Counted from the first letter of the stretch, positions 39,855 to 50,744 are shown. The stretch: DNA of 64,000 nucleotides from Candidatus Poribacteria bacterium (GCA_965116925.1 OZ220744.1:2592001-2656000); one strand, 5' to 3'. A program made the numbers and translations. Notes: a model not told the origin generated them from the letters alone.

Positions 39855-40670
39855 TTACGCTGACAACATAATTCCCGCCCCGAATCTGCCCGTCCTTCCT
39901 TTTTGATATCGTTCAGAGAAAAACAGATGTGCATTGCAATAGGTGCATATCTGAGCGACCTCTATGTTTTGCGCTGGGATACCTGCCTCTATGACCTGCT
40001 GCTTGTTCGCTTCCCACAGGTTAAAATACCCTTTGCCATCGGGGGTTTCGTTGTTAATATAGCCGTCGGTGCTACCGAAGGTATCTTGTACTTGTGAGAT
40101 GACTTCGGGACCGACTTCGTAGTGACAGGGACCGATGGAGGGACCGATCCCTACGAGCATGTCGGTCGGATTGCAGTTGAATTCTTGCTTTAAGGTTTCT
40201 GCCGTTTTTTGCGCTGCCAATTTGACCGTGCCGCGCCATCCGGCATGTACAGCGGCTATCACCCGCTTTTGAGGATCGAAGAAAAGAACGAGCACACAGT
40301 CCGCCGCAAGAACCGTTAGGTACAGGCGAGGCACATCGGTTATCATTGCATCTGTCGCTTCGACTGCCGTATCAAGATCGGCTGCACCGCAGCCCCTCAT
40401 TTCTTCTGTTACGATTGTCACTGTGCCGCTATGCACCTGTTTTGGAATTGTAAAATCGGAGAGGGGGATCCCGACATTGGCTGCCAGACATTCGCGATTT
40501 TGCAGGACAGTCTTAGCGTTGTCTTCGACGTGAAACCCCAGATTGAGGGATTCGTAGGGCGAGGGACTTAAACCGCCGATGCGGGTCGAAACAAAGTGGT
40601 CTATCCCACTCTGTTTCGACAGGTTCTGGAACCGGAATGTGGACAGTGATTGAAGGCGGGTTTCTAACAT
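39855..40670 (-). CDS. pgeF: YfiH/PgeF family protein
   Basis: SLNLG, QVHSG, ADCV, HAGWRG, GPSIGPCHYEV, CTYC..FFSER..TGR; start ~40670. Confidence 0.9.
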   Translation of the reverse strand: MLETRLQSLSTFRFQNLSKQSGIDHFVSTRIGGLSPSPYESLNLGFHVEDNAKTVLQNRECLAANVGIPLSDFTIPKQVHSGTVTIVTEEMRGCGAADLDTAVEATDAMITDVPRLYLTVLAADCVLVLFFDPQKRVIAAVHAGWRGTVKLAAQKTAETLKQEFNCNPTDMLVGIGPSIGPCHYEVGPEVISQVQDTFGSTDGYINNETPDGKGYFNLWEANKQQVIEAGIPAQNIEVAQICTYCNAHLFFSERYQKGRTGRFGAGIMLSA

Positions 40671-40674
40671 AGCA

Positions 40675-41670
40675 CTAGGCATTGCTTTCGAGTGCCTGGA
40701 GCAACCCACGCATGTGCCCCACGCAGTAGGCGATGTACTCCCTGCCTTCTGGGCCGTCTGTGGTGAGTCGCATGATGTGATCGTAGTCGATGACCGCGTC
40801 GTAGCCCACATCGTGCAGTGCCTTAGCAACACGGTACATGTCCATGTCCCCAGCGTCGGGGATTACCTCCTCGTACCCCTTCTTTTCAGGAATCTTTCCA
40901 CGCACGTTGCGGAAATGGACGTGGAAGATTTTGCCCTGTCCCCCGAAGTGGCGAATGCCCTCAAAAACGTCTTCGCCCGATTCGTAACGGGTGCCGACGC
41001 AGAAGGTCATGCCGTTGTTCGGGGACGGGACTTCGGAAAACAGATGGTCGAAGGCGGCGAAGTTGTAAAGAACCTGTGGTACACCGTAGAGGCTGGGAAC
41101 GGGTGGGTCATTGCCGTGCATGGCAACCTTGACGCCTGCACTCTCTGCTACAGGCACAACGCTCCTAAAGATTTTCAGGGTGCGCTCCCAGATCTCATCG
41201 TGGGTCGGTGCGCCTTCTGGTGCGGGTTGATCGAGGGCTTCGCTCAGATCTACTTTCAGGTGCTGGTATCCGCCTCTGCCTTCAATGAAGCTGTGCATAG
41301 ATTCGGGGAAATGACCGAATTGCCCCGCCTGAAAACATTGGATCCCCATCACCGGCAGGTCAAATTCGCCGCAGAGTTCGGCGTTGACAATCAGATTGTC
41401 GATTTCTTCTTCGGAGCCGGGCTGACCGAGAAAGGTTTTGATGCAGTTGCTGTTAGCGGTGTTGGCACGTTCGATCTTTAAGCCTGCTTTGTCTATTACC
41501 TCTACAACTTGTTCTAATCCCTCGCGGTTTGCACGACCACCGGCGTCTGAATAGCCGGGACAGATGTCCAAGGTGATGTCCACGCAGTCAACGCCGATCT
41601 GTTTGAGAAAGGCGAGGTCGTTGGGACGGTTTAACCAGTCAGGGCTGATGCGGGTGCCAATTTTCATCAT
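40675..41670 (-). CDS. Mannonate dehydratase (UxuA)-like protein
   Basis: VPVAESAGVKVAMHGNDPP, SPNNGMTFCVG, HVHFRNV, GDMDM, DYDH. Confidence 0.82.
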   Translation of the reverse strand: MMKIGTRISPDWLNRPNDLAFLKQIGVDCVDITLDICPGYSDAGGRANREGLEQVVEVIDKAGLKIERANTANSNCIKTFLGQPGSEEEIDNLIVNAELCGEFDLPVMGIQCFQAGQFGHFPESMHSFIEGRGGYQHLKVDLSEALDQPAPEGAPTHDEIWERTLKIFRSVVPVAESAGVKVAMHGNDPPVPSLYGVPQVLYNFAAFDHLFSEVPSPNNGMTFCVGTRYESGEDVFEGIRHFGGQGKIFHVHFRNVRGKIPEKKGYEEVIPDAGDMDMYRVAKALHDVGYDAVIDYDHIMRLTTDGPEGREYIAYCVGHMRGLLQALESNA

Positions 41671-41706
41671 TGTTTGTGCTCCTTGTTAATATAGGTGATT
41701 TGTGAG

Positions 41707-42648
41707 TTACCGGTAAACTGCTTGAATCATTGATCGGATGTAACCGACAGCGAAAGCGCGTCCTGCCCATTGGGCATTTTCTTGGGGAAAACTGGGGGTG
41801 TGATCCATCATGAAGGGGCCTTCAAAACCGACTTCCCGATAGGTTTGCATGGCTTGATACATATCCACATCTCCCTCATCCACGAAAACTTCTTGAAACC
41901 TGTCTGGGGTGCCCCGCAGGTTACGGAAATGAACGGCAGCAATTTTGTTTTGAGCACCGATTCGCCGGATAGCGGTTGGCACATCTTCTCCCATTTCACG
42001 GACGCAGCCCTGACAAAACAGCATAGCGTTCACGTGGCTGGGAACCTCCTTGAACATGCGCTCAAAATCGTCGAGGGTCGATAGGATGCGGGCTGCACCG
42101 CCGAGCGGATCCGGGCGCGGCGGGTCGTCCGGGTGCATGGTGAGCTGCACCTCCGCTTCTTCAGCCACGGGTACGATGTGCTCAAGGAAATGCTTTAGAT
42201 TCGCTCGGAGTTTCTCCTCAGAGATGTGGTGATCGGGGTAATCGGGCGGTTCTTTCATGAACTCGTCGTAATCGAATGTGCTGTAACTTGCCCCGCCTCT
42301 ACCGATGGTTCGCGCTGTCCGAAAATTCCCGATGCCTCGGAAGTTGTAGCACAGTGTCGGGACACCGGCTTCCCCCATATTCCTGATCAGGGTGCACCAG
42401 CCCTCAACATGTTCGTCTCTGCCCAGTTTGCCGAGCGTGATTTCTTTCGCGGGTCTGAGGCCGACGTTGTTGAACATCATCCCGTGGGATTCGACCTTTT
42501 TACGTACATCTTTCCAGATATCGGCACGGTCGCCCGGCTTGGGAGGCGGTGGGTGCATCACCGCAACGTAATCCACACCGATTGCCTTGAAAATGCTAAG
42601 ATTCTCGTCGTTGATTCCCTCTAGGGAAAGGTGGTCTTGTATTGTCAT
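41707..42648 (-). CDS. Mannonate dehydratase (UxuA)-like protein
   Basis: CYNF, VPVAEEAEVQLTMHPDDPP, FCQG, VHFRN, GDVDM, MDHTP, AFAVGY. Confidence 0.87.
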   Translation of the reverse strand: MTIQDHLSLEGINDENLSIFKAIGVDYVAVMHPPPPKPGDRADIWKDVRKKVESHGMMFNNVGLRPAKEITLGKLGRDEHVEGWCTLIRNMGEAGVPTLCYNFRGIGNFRTARTIGRGGASYSTFDYDEFMKEPPDYPDHHISEEKLRANLKHFLEHIVPVAEEAEVQLTMHPDDPPRPDPLGGAARILSTLDDFERMFKEVPSHVNAMLFCQGCVREMGEDVPTAIRRIGAQNKIAAVHFRNLRGTPDRFQEVFVDEGDVDMYQAMQTYREVGFEGPFMMDHTPSFPQENAQWAGRAFAVGYIRSMIQAVYR

Positions 42649-42741
42649 GATGGGGATCTCCGATTTGTATAACCTAGTACAAGCACGTAGGTTGGGTTGA
42701 GCGTAGTGAAACCCAACCTACGATAGGACGATGTTATTCTT

Positions 42742-43884
42742 CTAATGGACGTGTCCGCGGGCGGCGATGTCCCATTGATCGCTGATTTGTCCATTTTTTA
42801 GGACAGTGTAGGTATCTAATAGGTTTGCGACAACGCATGAGTGGTTTGGTACGAGTCGAACTTTGGAACCTATCGCCAGATCGAAATCTCCGCGTACTAC
42901 AACCCCATGCTCTTCCGAAAGTCTGGTGACAATCATCTCGTAATCTGTATCCTCGAAGTGATCTAGTGGGTATGCAAGTCCGAATCCTTCCATCCCCGGC
43001 ATTCCGTGCGCGCCTTGATCGGAGCTCAAGGTTTTGGATCCTGAGTCGATAATAAAGTAATCCGCGTTTTTGCTCACCACCGTTGCTAACACTGAGAGTG
43101 CGATCTGGTCTAGCTCGATCACCTTGAGACGCAGGGGCATTCTATCCATAAAGATGTAATTGCCCGGTCTAATTTCGGTGATACCGTCGTAGCTATCACT
43201 CACAAGGGTGCCGGGTGTGGATCCAACGGAGACTTCCGAAACTTCAATGCCGTTGCTTTCCAGTCTTTTCCGCACGCGGTTCATAGTCCCGCACTCTTCT
43301 TGGGCGATTTTTCGCGCTGCTTGGGCATCATCTGCGCCGTAAGTATGCCCGGCGTGGGATAGCAGCCCGACAAAATTCAGATTGGGTTCTCGGATAATTT
43401 TTTGTACTAATTCCACCATGCCGGGATCGTCTTCCTGAAGTCCACAACGGTGTAGCCCCACATCTATCTTCAGAAAGATGCTGATCTGTTTTTGGTGCCT
43501 CCCTGCAACTTGAGCGATTGCACCTACTCCTGCGGGACTATCAACGATGAGGCGGAGGTCAACGTCATGAGCCTTTGCAGCGGCGATGAGGCGATCGAGT
43601 TTTGAATCAACGACTAGGGGGTATGCTACAGTGACGGAACGGATCCCGTTGTTGATAAAAACGAGTGCCTCGTCTACCTTTGAGGAGGTAATTCCGACCG
43701 CACCGGCACCTATCTGTTGCCGGGCGAGTTCAATACACTTGTGGGTCTTGATGTGTGGGCGGACATTGACACCGCGCATATTGCCGATGTCCTGAATCAG
43801 TTGGATGTTGGCTTGTATCCTCTCCTGATCCAACAGGATGTGAGGGGTTTCTAGTTCTATAAGTGATTGGTCTATCTGTCCCAT
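42742..43884 (-). CDS. Fold-type III PLP enzyme, D-threonine aldolase/D-serine dehydratase (DSD1) family
   Basis: RPHIKTHK, LSHAGH, GSTP, EIRPGNYIF, LSEEHG, PNHSC. Confidence 0.9.
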   Translation of the reverse strand: MGQIDQSLIELETPHILLDQERIQANIQLIQDIGNMRGVNVRPHIKTHKCIELARQQIGAGAVGITSSKVDEALVFINNGIRSVTVAYPLVVDSKLDRLIAAAKAHDVDLRLIVDSPAGVGAIAQVAGRHQKQISIFLKIDVGLHRCGLQEDDPGMVELVQKIIREPNLNFVGLLSHAGHTYGADDAQAARKIAQEECGTMNRVRKRLESNGIEVSEVSVGSTPGTLVSDSYDGITEIRPGNYIFMDRMPLRLKVIELDQIALSVLATVVSKNADYFIIDSGSKTLSSDQGAHGMPGMEGFGLAYPLDHFEDTDYEMIVTRLSEEHGVVVRGDFDLAIGSKVRLVPNHSCVVANLLDTYTVLKNGQISDQWDIAARGHVH

Positions 43885-43936
43885 GTGTTTGCCTCCAAGT
43901 GTGGGCGGGATAACCCCGCCCCTACGGTTAAATGAG

Positions 43937-46096
43937 TTATATTGTTACATAGATGGGGCTTGCCCATGCCTTTGCTCCATCTGTTTGCAGCACTCGAATC
44001 CAATACGGGTGACAACCTGCTGGCAACGCTGCCTCCTTAAACCTAAACGCTACCTCCTTACCAATACCGAGCGGCAGTTGTTCAAACACAACTTTCATAT
44101 CAATCCCACCGGCATCCACGACAATCGGTGAATCACTGATCTCCTGAAGCGAGACGGTCTGATTCAGTACCGGTGTCTTAAAATCGAGGGTTGTCTCAGG
44201 GGAGGCGTCGAGTTTTAGAATCACGCCATCGGCGTCTCCGGTTGTTACGGATTTCCAAGAGACGGTTCGCTTGGTGACTGCCTCGATTCCTTCCGCCGGG
44301 GTATCGAAGGCGTAACCTTCTGCCCCCAGAATCCGTCCCCTATCTATCTCAAGGCTACCGTCCCATCGCACCAGCCGATTTCGCGCTCGGATGCGCTGCC
44401 CCGACCACGCCACACGGATCTGATCCTCCGCTCGTTCAGTGGTCGTGGGGAAGGTATAAATCTGTTCCAAGCCTCTGAAGATGTCCACCCGTTCGATGGG
44501 AGCAGTGCCGACCACGTTCACGGAGATCTCCGGCGGTTGGTTCGTCTGATACGCTGACCCCATCGGTTGACCGTCTGCGGTTACGTCAAGCAGGATGCGC
44601 TGCCCGGTTGTTCCGTAACATCGACGGGCTTTCAGAGCTTCCCACAATCCTTCGCGTGTCAGTTCTGACGCATAGATGCAGGTCAATCCGCCGTACACAC
44701 CGAATGAACCGCTGCCCGGTGGAGCGGCACCGGGGCGTCCCTTGTGGTCGTCACTCCCGGCGGTGAAACCGACTTGATAGCCTTTCTCCAATGCTTCCCG
44801 TAGAAACCACTCGAACTCCCCCCATTCGGAGTAGACCTCAATGAGCGGCTCCAGTTCGGGGTTGTGCCAGTTGAGGTTGGCGTAGCGTCCACCGACATGG
44901 GGTAGCAGCAGGACATCTTCTCCTCGCAGTGTGTCGTAGAGCTCCGTGACATGGGTGCAGTCGGTATCGATGTCCGATTTATCGGGGATCAGCACATGAC
45001 TGGAGCGGTGCAGCGGACCATCGTTCCCCGGATAGTAGACGTTGTGGTCGCCTCCGAGCGGTGTATTTGCCGACCATTCATACCCAACAAAGGTGACAAA
45101 TCTGCCGGGATCGTATTGGGTGTTCGCCTGCGTTTTAATCTCCTTCCAGACCGCTTCAGTGATTTGGAAGTCATTCCCCTGATGCCCGGCGAAGTCAACA
45201 AGTGCTGCCTCGCGGGCAAAGCGAAAATAGGAGGAGACCGGGTTTGTGCCGACGGTTTCTTCGCTCTGACCGTGGAGGTCGCCCCAGAAGGGTTGGTGGG
45301 TGCCACGATTCTCCACACACCGAAGCGGGTTTCCTTCTGCTTCCAATCCATGCTCTGAATCGGTTGCACTCACCCGATAAATTCCCGTTTTTGGGGTTTT
45401 CACACCTTCAAAACGGTGGACACCTCGGTCTGTGGGTTGGAATTGATACGCCTCTGGCAAACCGCTCAATCCCTCAGCGTTGATTTGGACGGTTCCGGTG
45501 TATCCGGTGCTCGGATTGCCCCAGAGGTCTTCAGCTTTGATCCCGATCCATGTTTCTTCATCGAGGGTGGTTTCCGAGGGGGCTAATACCACCAACTTGT
45601 GCGGGGAACCGCTGATAATTGGGAGCTTTGGTGATGGCACTTCCGTGTAAACCCACGTTCCACACCAATCGACAGCGACGCGAAATTCAAACGCCTCTTT
45701 GCAGAAGGTCTGCGCTCGACTGCCCGGACTCCCGCCTGAAGTCTCTCCGAGTGTTAGGGTGATAGTGTCCCCCTCGGAAAGTGAATCGTCGAAGACATCA
45801 ACGGTCACACAGAGCCGCCAAGGCCGGATGTAGCGTTGCTTTTCAAACCGCGCTCTCAGGGATGCGGGACCTGTCGTGGAGACGGTGGCATATTCCGGTG
45901 CGGAGGGGTTTTCAAATTGGGGTGCCGCCCAGTCGCTGACATCTCGCCAAGCAAATTTAATGACACCGCCATCATCGACCCCGTAGCGACCAGCGTGGTA
46001 GGTGATACGCCATGTGCCGACCGATCCCGCTACAATCGGGGCAGCCGGATCAATCTCTGCCCAACCGTATAAGGCGCGAATTTCTGATTCCGTCAT
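43937..46096 (-). CDS. DUF3604-type PHP-like metallo-domain protein
   Basis: WGDLHGQS, FVGYEWS..GDHNV, PHVGGR, GSDDHKGRPG, LKARRCYGTTG. Confidence 0.8.
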   Translation of the reverse strand: MTESEIRALYGWAEIDPAAPIVAGSVGTWRITYHAGRYGVDDGGVIKFAWRDVSDWAAPQFENPSAPEYATVSTTGPASLRARFEKQRYIRPWRLCVTVDVFDDSLSEGDTITLTLGETSGGSPGSRAQTFCKEAFEFRVAVDWCGTWVYTEVPSPKLPIISGSPHKLVVLAPSETTLDEETWIGIKAEDLWGNPSTGYTGTVQINAEGLSGLPEAYQFQPTDRGVHRFEGVKTPKTGIYRVSATDSEHGLEAEGNPLRCVENRGTHQPFWGDLHGQSEETVGTNPVSSYFRFAREAALVDFAGHQGNDFQITEAVWKEIKTQANTQYDPGRFVTFVGYEWSANTPLGGDHNVYYPGNDGPLHRSSHVLIPDKSDIDTDCTHVTELYDTLRGEDVLLLPHVGGRYANLNWHNPELEPLIEVYSEWGEFEWFLREALEKGYQVGFTAGSDDHKGRPGAAPPGSGSFGVYGGLTCIYASELTREGLWEALKARRCYGTTGQRILLDVTADGQPMGSAYQTNQPPEISVNVVGTAPIERVDIFRGLEQIYTFPTTTERAEDQIRVAWSGQRIRARNRLVRWDGSLEIDRGRILGAEGYAFDTPAEGIEAVTKRTVSWKSVTTGDADGVILKLDASPETTLDFKTPVLNQTVSLQEISDSPIVVDAGGIDMKVVFEQLPLGIGKEVAFRFKEAALPAGCHPYWIRVLQTDGAKAWASPIYVTI

Positions 46097-46126
46097 AGGT
46101 TATTTCTCCGCATCATGCGCGAGATA

Positions 46127-47092
46127 TTAGTACCACCCTGCTTTGTTGACCACATTGCGTAACGGTTCGCCGACGGCAAACCGACGTGCGTTTTCGAGGA
46201 GAACCCCGAATCGGCGTTCCGGGAGGTTTTCGGCGTCCTTCACCGCGATATGGGGTGTGAGCAGCACGTTGGGCAGATTCCACAAGCGGTGATCCGATGG
46301 CAGCGGCTCTACTTCAAATACATCGAGACCGCATCCCGCGATTACGCCGTTTTCGACCGCGTCTGCGAGGTCGTCGATTTTCATTGTTTTGCCGCGACCG
46401 ATGTTGATAAAGTAAGCGGAGTTCTTCATCAGGCGGAAACGTTCGGCGTTCCATATCCCATCGGTTTCGGGTGTGTGCGGCGTTGTCGCTATCACGAAAT
46501 CTGCGCGCGGCAGCTGATCATCCAGATCCGCAGGCGGGTACAGCTTGACGAAAGGAAGGTCATATTCGGGTCTCGGTTCTATACCGATTACCGACATACC
46601 AAACTCCACACATAGCCTCGCTGTCTCATGACCGATGCCGCCCACGCCGAAGATTAGCGCGGTGGATTCTGCGAGATCGACATAGCCATGCTTACGAGCA
46701 TTGGGGTCCCATCTCCGCTCTCGTTGTGCTTCGACGTAGTAGGGCAGCCCGCGTGAGAGTCCGAGTAAGAACATCATGATATGGTGGCTGATGTGATCAT
46801 AGTAGATACCGCGTGGGTTACCGATCACCACGGGATGCTCAATCAGTTCCTTGTAGTAGTAGCCCGGAAAGGGACCTGCATCGGGATTTTGCAGCCACCG
46901 CAATTTTGTTGCGACCTTCAGCGCATCGGGCGGTATCCAACCGTATGCTGCATCAGCATCGACAATTTCACGGCGTGCCTCTTCGTCAGTTTCGGGGACA
47001 GCGACGCGATACTCCGGGAGATATTCCTCCAAACGCGGGGCAAACTCGCGCTTGAGTTCGTCCAACGGCGGCATCATGACAAGTTTGATCAT
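46127..47092 (-). CDS. D-2-hydroxyacid dehydrogenase
   Basis: GVGGIG, INIGRG, LDVFEVEPL, LTPHIA. Confidence 0.92.
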   Translation of the reverse strand: MIKLVMMPPLDELKREFAPRLEEYLPEYRVAVPETDEEARREIVDADAAYGWIPPDALKVATKLRWLQNPDAGPFPGYYYKELIEHPVVIGNPRGIYYDHISHHIMMFLLGLSRGLPYYVEAQRERRWDPNARKHGYVDLAESTALIFGVGGIGHETARLCVEFGMSVIGIEPRPEYDLPFVKLYPPADLDDQLPRADFVIATTPHTPETDGIWNAERFRLMKNSAYFINIGRGKTMKIDDLADAVENGVIAGCGLDVFEVEPLPSDHRLWNLPNVLLTPHIAVKDAENLPERRFGVLLENARRFAVGEPLRNVVNKAGWY

Positions 47093-47126
47093 CGTGTATT
47101 CCTTTGAGATTACGAGTAAAGAAGGT

Positions 47127-47235
47127 GGTTCATGTTAAAAGTAAAGCGCAAGGTCCAAAAAACGTGAAACGTGATGCGTGAAACGTGAAAAATGACTGAA
47201 TCGATTTCTGTTGCACTGCTTTTTTAACATGAGCC
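47127..47235. mobile_element. MITE family A copy
   Basis: GGTTCATGTTAAAA...TTTTAACATGAGCC; degenerate flanks AAGAAGGT/ACGAAAGT; cargo CGTGA tandem repeat. Confidence 0.65.
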
Positions 47236-47268
47236 ACGAAAGTTAGGATTAATTCTGGTGTGCAGGAT

Positions 47269-48909
47269 CTAGCTGAAGCGCGATCGACGGGATTCCATGT
47301 TGGTGTGCACATCGAGCAGTACCGTACGACCCTCCGCATTCAGTTGCTGCGCTTGCTCAAGAGCGGAAACCATTTCGCTCGGCTTAATCACGGTGATACC
47401 GACCGCTCCCATACCCTCGGCAATCTTGGCGTAATCGCCCGTCATTTCCGTTGTGCCAAACTGCTCGCGGGCTGTTGGATAACCCCCTGGGTAGGTCGAC
47501 ATGCCGCCGTTATTGAGAACAACGGTCGTGATAGGTGCCTCAGCGCGAACAGCGGTTTCGATGTCTAAGCCGGACATGCCGAAAGCACCATCGCCCATGA
47601 AGTTCAAGCAGAACTTGTCAGGTTTTGCGATCTTCGCCCCGATCATCAACGGTATGCCGAAACCGAGATGGGTGGTCTTGCCCCAACCGATGTAGCTGTG
47701 TGGCACGGTGCCGGGGTAGAACGGCATGATTGAATCACGGGGGGCACCGGCATCGTGGGTGACAATACTATTCTCCAGATCCATCGCCTTGACCATATCG
47801 CCGATGACGCGGTAGGTGTTGATCGGTTCTTCGTCCGAGTTGAGCAGGGGTGACCATTCATCCATCCACGTTTTCTTGAGTATGGCAATATCTGTGGCGA
47901 CTTGCGTTTCGCCCTTTCTCCCACTTTCGCCGAGTTGGGCTTTGGCTTCCTCGATCATCGCCTCAAGCGTCAGTTTGGCATCGCCGGGTAGCCCAATGTC
48001 AACGGAGAAATCTTTGTTGATATCCTCAATGCTTTCGGCGTTATGGATGATGACCTTGCCATCCGGAATCGGTTGACCGTAATGCGTGTGGGTCAGACTT
48101 GAACCGATGGCGAGTAGCACATCTGATTCCTGCAACCACGTTCGTGCGGGGAGAGTTGTCGCACCGCTGCCGGAGCCAACAGAAAGGGGATGGCGCTCGT
48201 CGAAGGAGGATTTACCGGGCATGGTGCAGTAGACCGGTATCTCGGTCAATTCAGCAAATTCTGTGAGTGCTTCGGTCGCTCCGGAGAGCAGCACACCCAT
48301 CCCCGACCAGATGACGGGTTTCCTCGCGTTCAGTAGTTCCGTAACGGCGTCTTTGATATCGCTGGGGGAAGGAAGCTGAAGTGCTCGCTTGGGTGACTTG
48401 TAGTTAAGGGCACCTTCTGGGACTTCCTGCAATCCGACATCGCTCGGCGTTTCGACAATCACGGGGCCGGGGCGGCCATTCCGGAGGTGGTGGAAAGCCC
48501 GTCGCATGACAGTTGCAACTTGATCCGGTTTTGTAATGACTTCACCGTATTTCGACACCGTTTGGTATGTTCGGACGGGTGAGAAGGAGGGACGTACCGC
48601 GTATTCGCTAATGGAGGGACCGCCCGGCAGGTACAGAATCGGAACATTGTCAGCGAAAGCCTGTGCAATACCGCCCATAGAGTTTTCAGCACCGGGTCCA
48701 CCCTGTGTGATGATGACGCCGAACTTGTTACGGTTGTTGACGCGACTATACCCGTCTGCTGCCATCACGGCACCACGCTCGTGCCGGAACATGACGGTCC
48801 TAATGCCTTCTTGGGCGACCGCTTCGATGAGTTGGTTGGAGGGAAAACAGGATATCCATTCAACACCTTCCATTTTCAAAATCCGTGCTACAGCTTGTGT
48901 TGTGTCCAT
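47269..48909 (-). CDS. Thiamine diphosphate-dependent enzyme (acetolactate synthase superfamily)
   Basis: RHERGAVMAADGY, GPGAEN, GRPGPV, GDGAFGM...LNN. Confidence 0.92.
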   Translation of the reverse strand: MDTTQAVARILKMEGVEWISCFPSNQLIEAVAQEGIRTVMFRHERGAVMAADGYSRVNNRNKFGVIITQGGPGAENSMGGIAQAFADNVPILYLPGGPSISEYAVRPSFSPVRTYQTVSKYGEVITKPDQVATVMRRAFHHLRNGRPGPVIVETPSDVGLQEVPEGALNYKSPKRALQLPSPSDIKDAVTELLNARKPVIWSGMGVLLSGATEALTEFAELTEIPVYCTMPGKSSFDERHPLSVGSGSGATTLPARTWLQESDVLLAIGSSLTHTHYGQPIPDGKVIIHNAESIEDINKDFSVDIGLPGDAKLTLEAMIEEAKAQLGESGRKGETQVATDIAILKKTWMDEWSPLLNSDEEPINTYRVIGDMVKAMDLENSIVTHDAGAPRDSIMPFYPGTVPHSYIGWGKTTHLGFGIPLMIGAKIAKPDKFCLNFMGDGAFGMSGLDIETAVRAEAPITTVVLNNGGMSTYPGGYPTAREQFGTTEMTGDYAKIAEGMGAVGITVIKPSEMVSALEQAQQLNAEGRTVLLDVHTNMESRRSRFS

Positions 48910-49120
48910 CTATAGGATTCTCCTTTAGTTTTGCTTCAATAGTTCATTGGTGGATTAGTTCATTGGTTGATTAACCTGATGAAGGCTATACATTGTGCTC
49001 TGTCGTGCCGTATGCACAGGGGTTACGGCATACGGAGTATGCCTACTACTTTATGGCAGCTTGGGTTATTATAACGGATTCGCTATACTTTCGCAAGCAT
49101 TAGATTTCGGTTATGCCTGC

Positions 49121-49149
49121 TTGACAACCCATGGCAAACTGGATAAAAT
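49121..49149 (+). promoter_or_regulatory. Sigma70 promoter
   Basis: TTGACA-N17-TAAAAT upstream of the ECF sigma gene. Confidence 0.7.
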
Positions 49150-49301
49150 AGACTGGATATACAGTTGTCCGGTTATGCCTACAATTTGATGATAGTTGCT
49201 ACTGACTTCTCTATGTTTTCCTAAGAAACAGTGTGTAATATTGACACTTCCCTTCTTACATATTACTCATTACGCATCATTCTTCCGTCTGGCTGATAAA
49301 A

Positions 49302-49889
49302 TTGAACGACCAACAAGTTCCTAGCGAAACGCGACCCGATGACATCAGTGACCATGAGCTCGTCCGCCGGTGTCAAGACGGTGATAAGCGAGCCATGGAA
49401 ACCCTTATGCGTCAGTACCAGCAGTGGGTGTATAATATCGCTTACGGGATGCTCGCAAGTCCTGAAGATGCCAGCGATGTGGCACAGGACGTATTTCTTT
49501 GGCTTTGGGAAAATATTGGGCAGTTTCGATTCAAATCTCAGTTTTCGACGTGGCTTTACCGGATTGTTACTAACAGATGTCTCAATTTGAAGGATCAGCG
49601 ACAGCGACGTAAAACCGATCCGATGGAAATTGACGACTCGCAGCCGTGGGTGCCGCTCGACACGACGACTCCAGAAAGCACGGTCTTACAAGCAGAACAG
49701 CGTGAGATTTTGCAGCAGGCGCTCGCTAGTCTTAAAGATGATTACCGAAAGATACTGATCCTCCGTGAAATGCAGGACCTGTCTTATGAGGAATTGGCGG
49801 AGGTGCTCGGCTGTTCTATTGGGCGTGTGAGATCGCGACTCCATGAAGCGCGACAGGCGTTGCGAAAAGCGATACAGCGGCTTGAGTGA
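49302..49889 (+). CDS. ECF (sigma24/RpoE-like) sigma factor
   Basis: DASDVAQDVF, FSTWLYRIVTN, LSYEELAEVLG..IGRVRSRLHEAR. Confidence 0.93.
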   Translation: MNDQQVPSETRPDDISDHELVRRCQDGDKRAMETLMRQYQQWVYNIAYGMLASPEDASDVAQDVFLWLWENIGQFRFKSQFSTWLYRIVTNRCLNLKDQRQRRKTDPMEIDDSQPWVPLDTTTPESTVLQAEQREILQQALASLKDDYRKILILREMQDLSYEELAEVLGCSIGRVRSRLHEARQALRKAIQRLE

Positions 49890-49988
49890 AACGTGATGCG
49901 TGAAACGTGAGAAGCAAATGTTTGGATAGCGTATGGATTGCATATGAGTATTTTTTATTGTTAACACCAACCTGAAAGGATCTTTGTT

Positions 49989-50744
49989 ATGTCATTTCCA
50001 CTTGCCTACAGTGCCCTCCGTTGGGAAAACCCCAATCTAGAACAAACACTTGTGCAGCTCCGAGAGGCTGGCTGGGACGGTTGGGAAGCCCGTCAGTCGC
50101 TCGATTGGCTCGGTTCGGCGCGTCGCGTTACTCAGATCTGTGACGCTGTCGGTATACAGGTCGCTGCCATTTGTGGTCCCAATGTGACGCTCGATGTAAC
50201 GCATCCTACCCATGAGATTAACAAACGGCGGATTGAATTCGCCTCCGACCTTGAGGTGCCTACCTTCATGACCAAAGGTCCGGGACGGCTTGAGAGTGAA
50301 ACGACAGATCTCGATCTGGATCGCATGGCGGCAGTCTATGATGACCTTGCTGCCTACGGCGAACCGCTCGGCGTTACTGTTACCTTCCACCCCCATACGG
50401 GACATGTAGTGGACAGTGCCGATGAGTGGAAACGATTCATGACGCGCCTCCACCGATGCCGCCTCTGCCTCGATATGTCTCATGCTGTCCATTGGGGTTA
50501 CGATCCGATTCAAGCGGTTTACGATTATCGGGATCGCATCTCCTATGTCCATCTTCACGACCACAAAGATGGCGGCAATGTCGAGCTAGGTGAGGGGCTC
50601 ATGTGCGACTATCCCGCCTTTTTGAAGGCGTTGGAGGAGATTGGCTACAGCGATTGGATAACCGCCTGTCCGGGAGCGACGGAGCGTACCGACGCAGCGA
50701 AGATGCGAATCAATCGTGCTTACTTGAAAAGTATCGGATATTGA
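49989..50744 (+). CDS. Sugar phosphate isomerase/epimerase (IolE-like TIM barrel)
   Basis: FHPHTG, LCLDMSH, YVHLHD, ELGEG. Confidence 0.82.
   Translation: MSFPLAYSALRWENPNLEQTLVQLREAGWDGWEARQSLDWLGSARRVTQICDAVGIQVAAICGPNVTLDVTHPTHEINKRRIEFASDLEVPTFMTKGPGRLESETTDLDLDRMAAVYDDLAAYGEPLGVTVTFHPHTGHVVDSADEWKRFMTRLHRCRLCLDMSHAVHWGYDPIQAVYDYRDRISYVHLHDHKDGGNVELGEGLMCDYPAFLKALEEIGYSDWITACPGATERTDAAKMRINRAYLKSIGY

Noticed and set aside
40714..41481. 255-aa plus-strand ORF
   Set aside because: Antisense to a clear UxuA-like gene; no recognisable motifs
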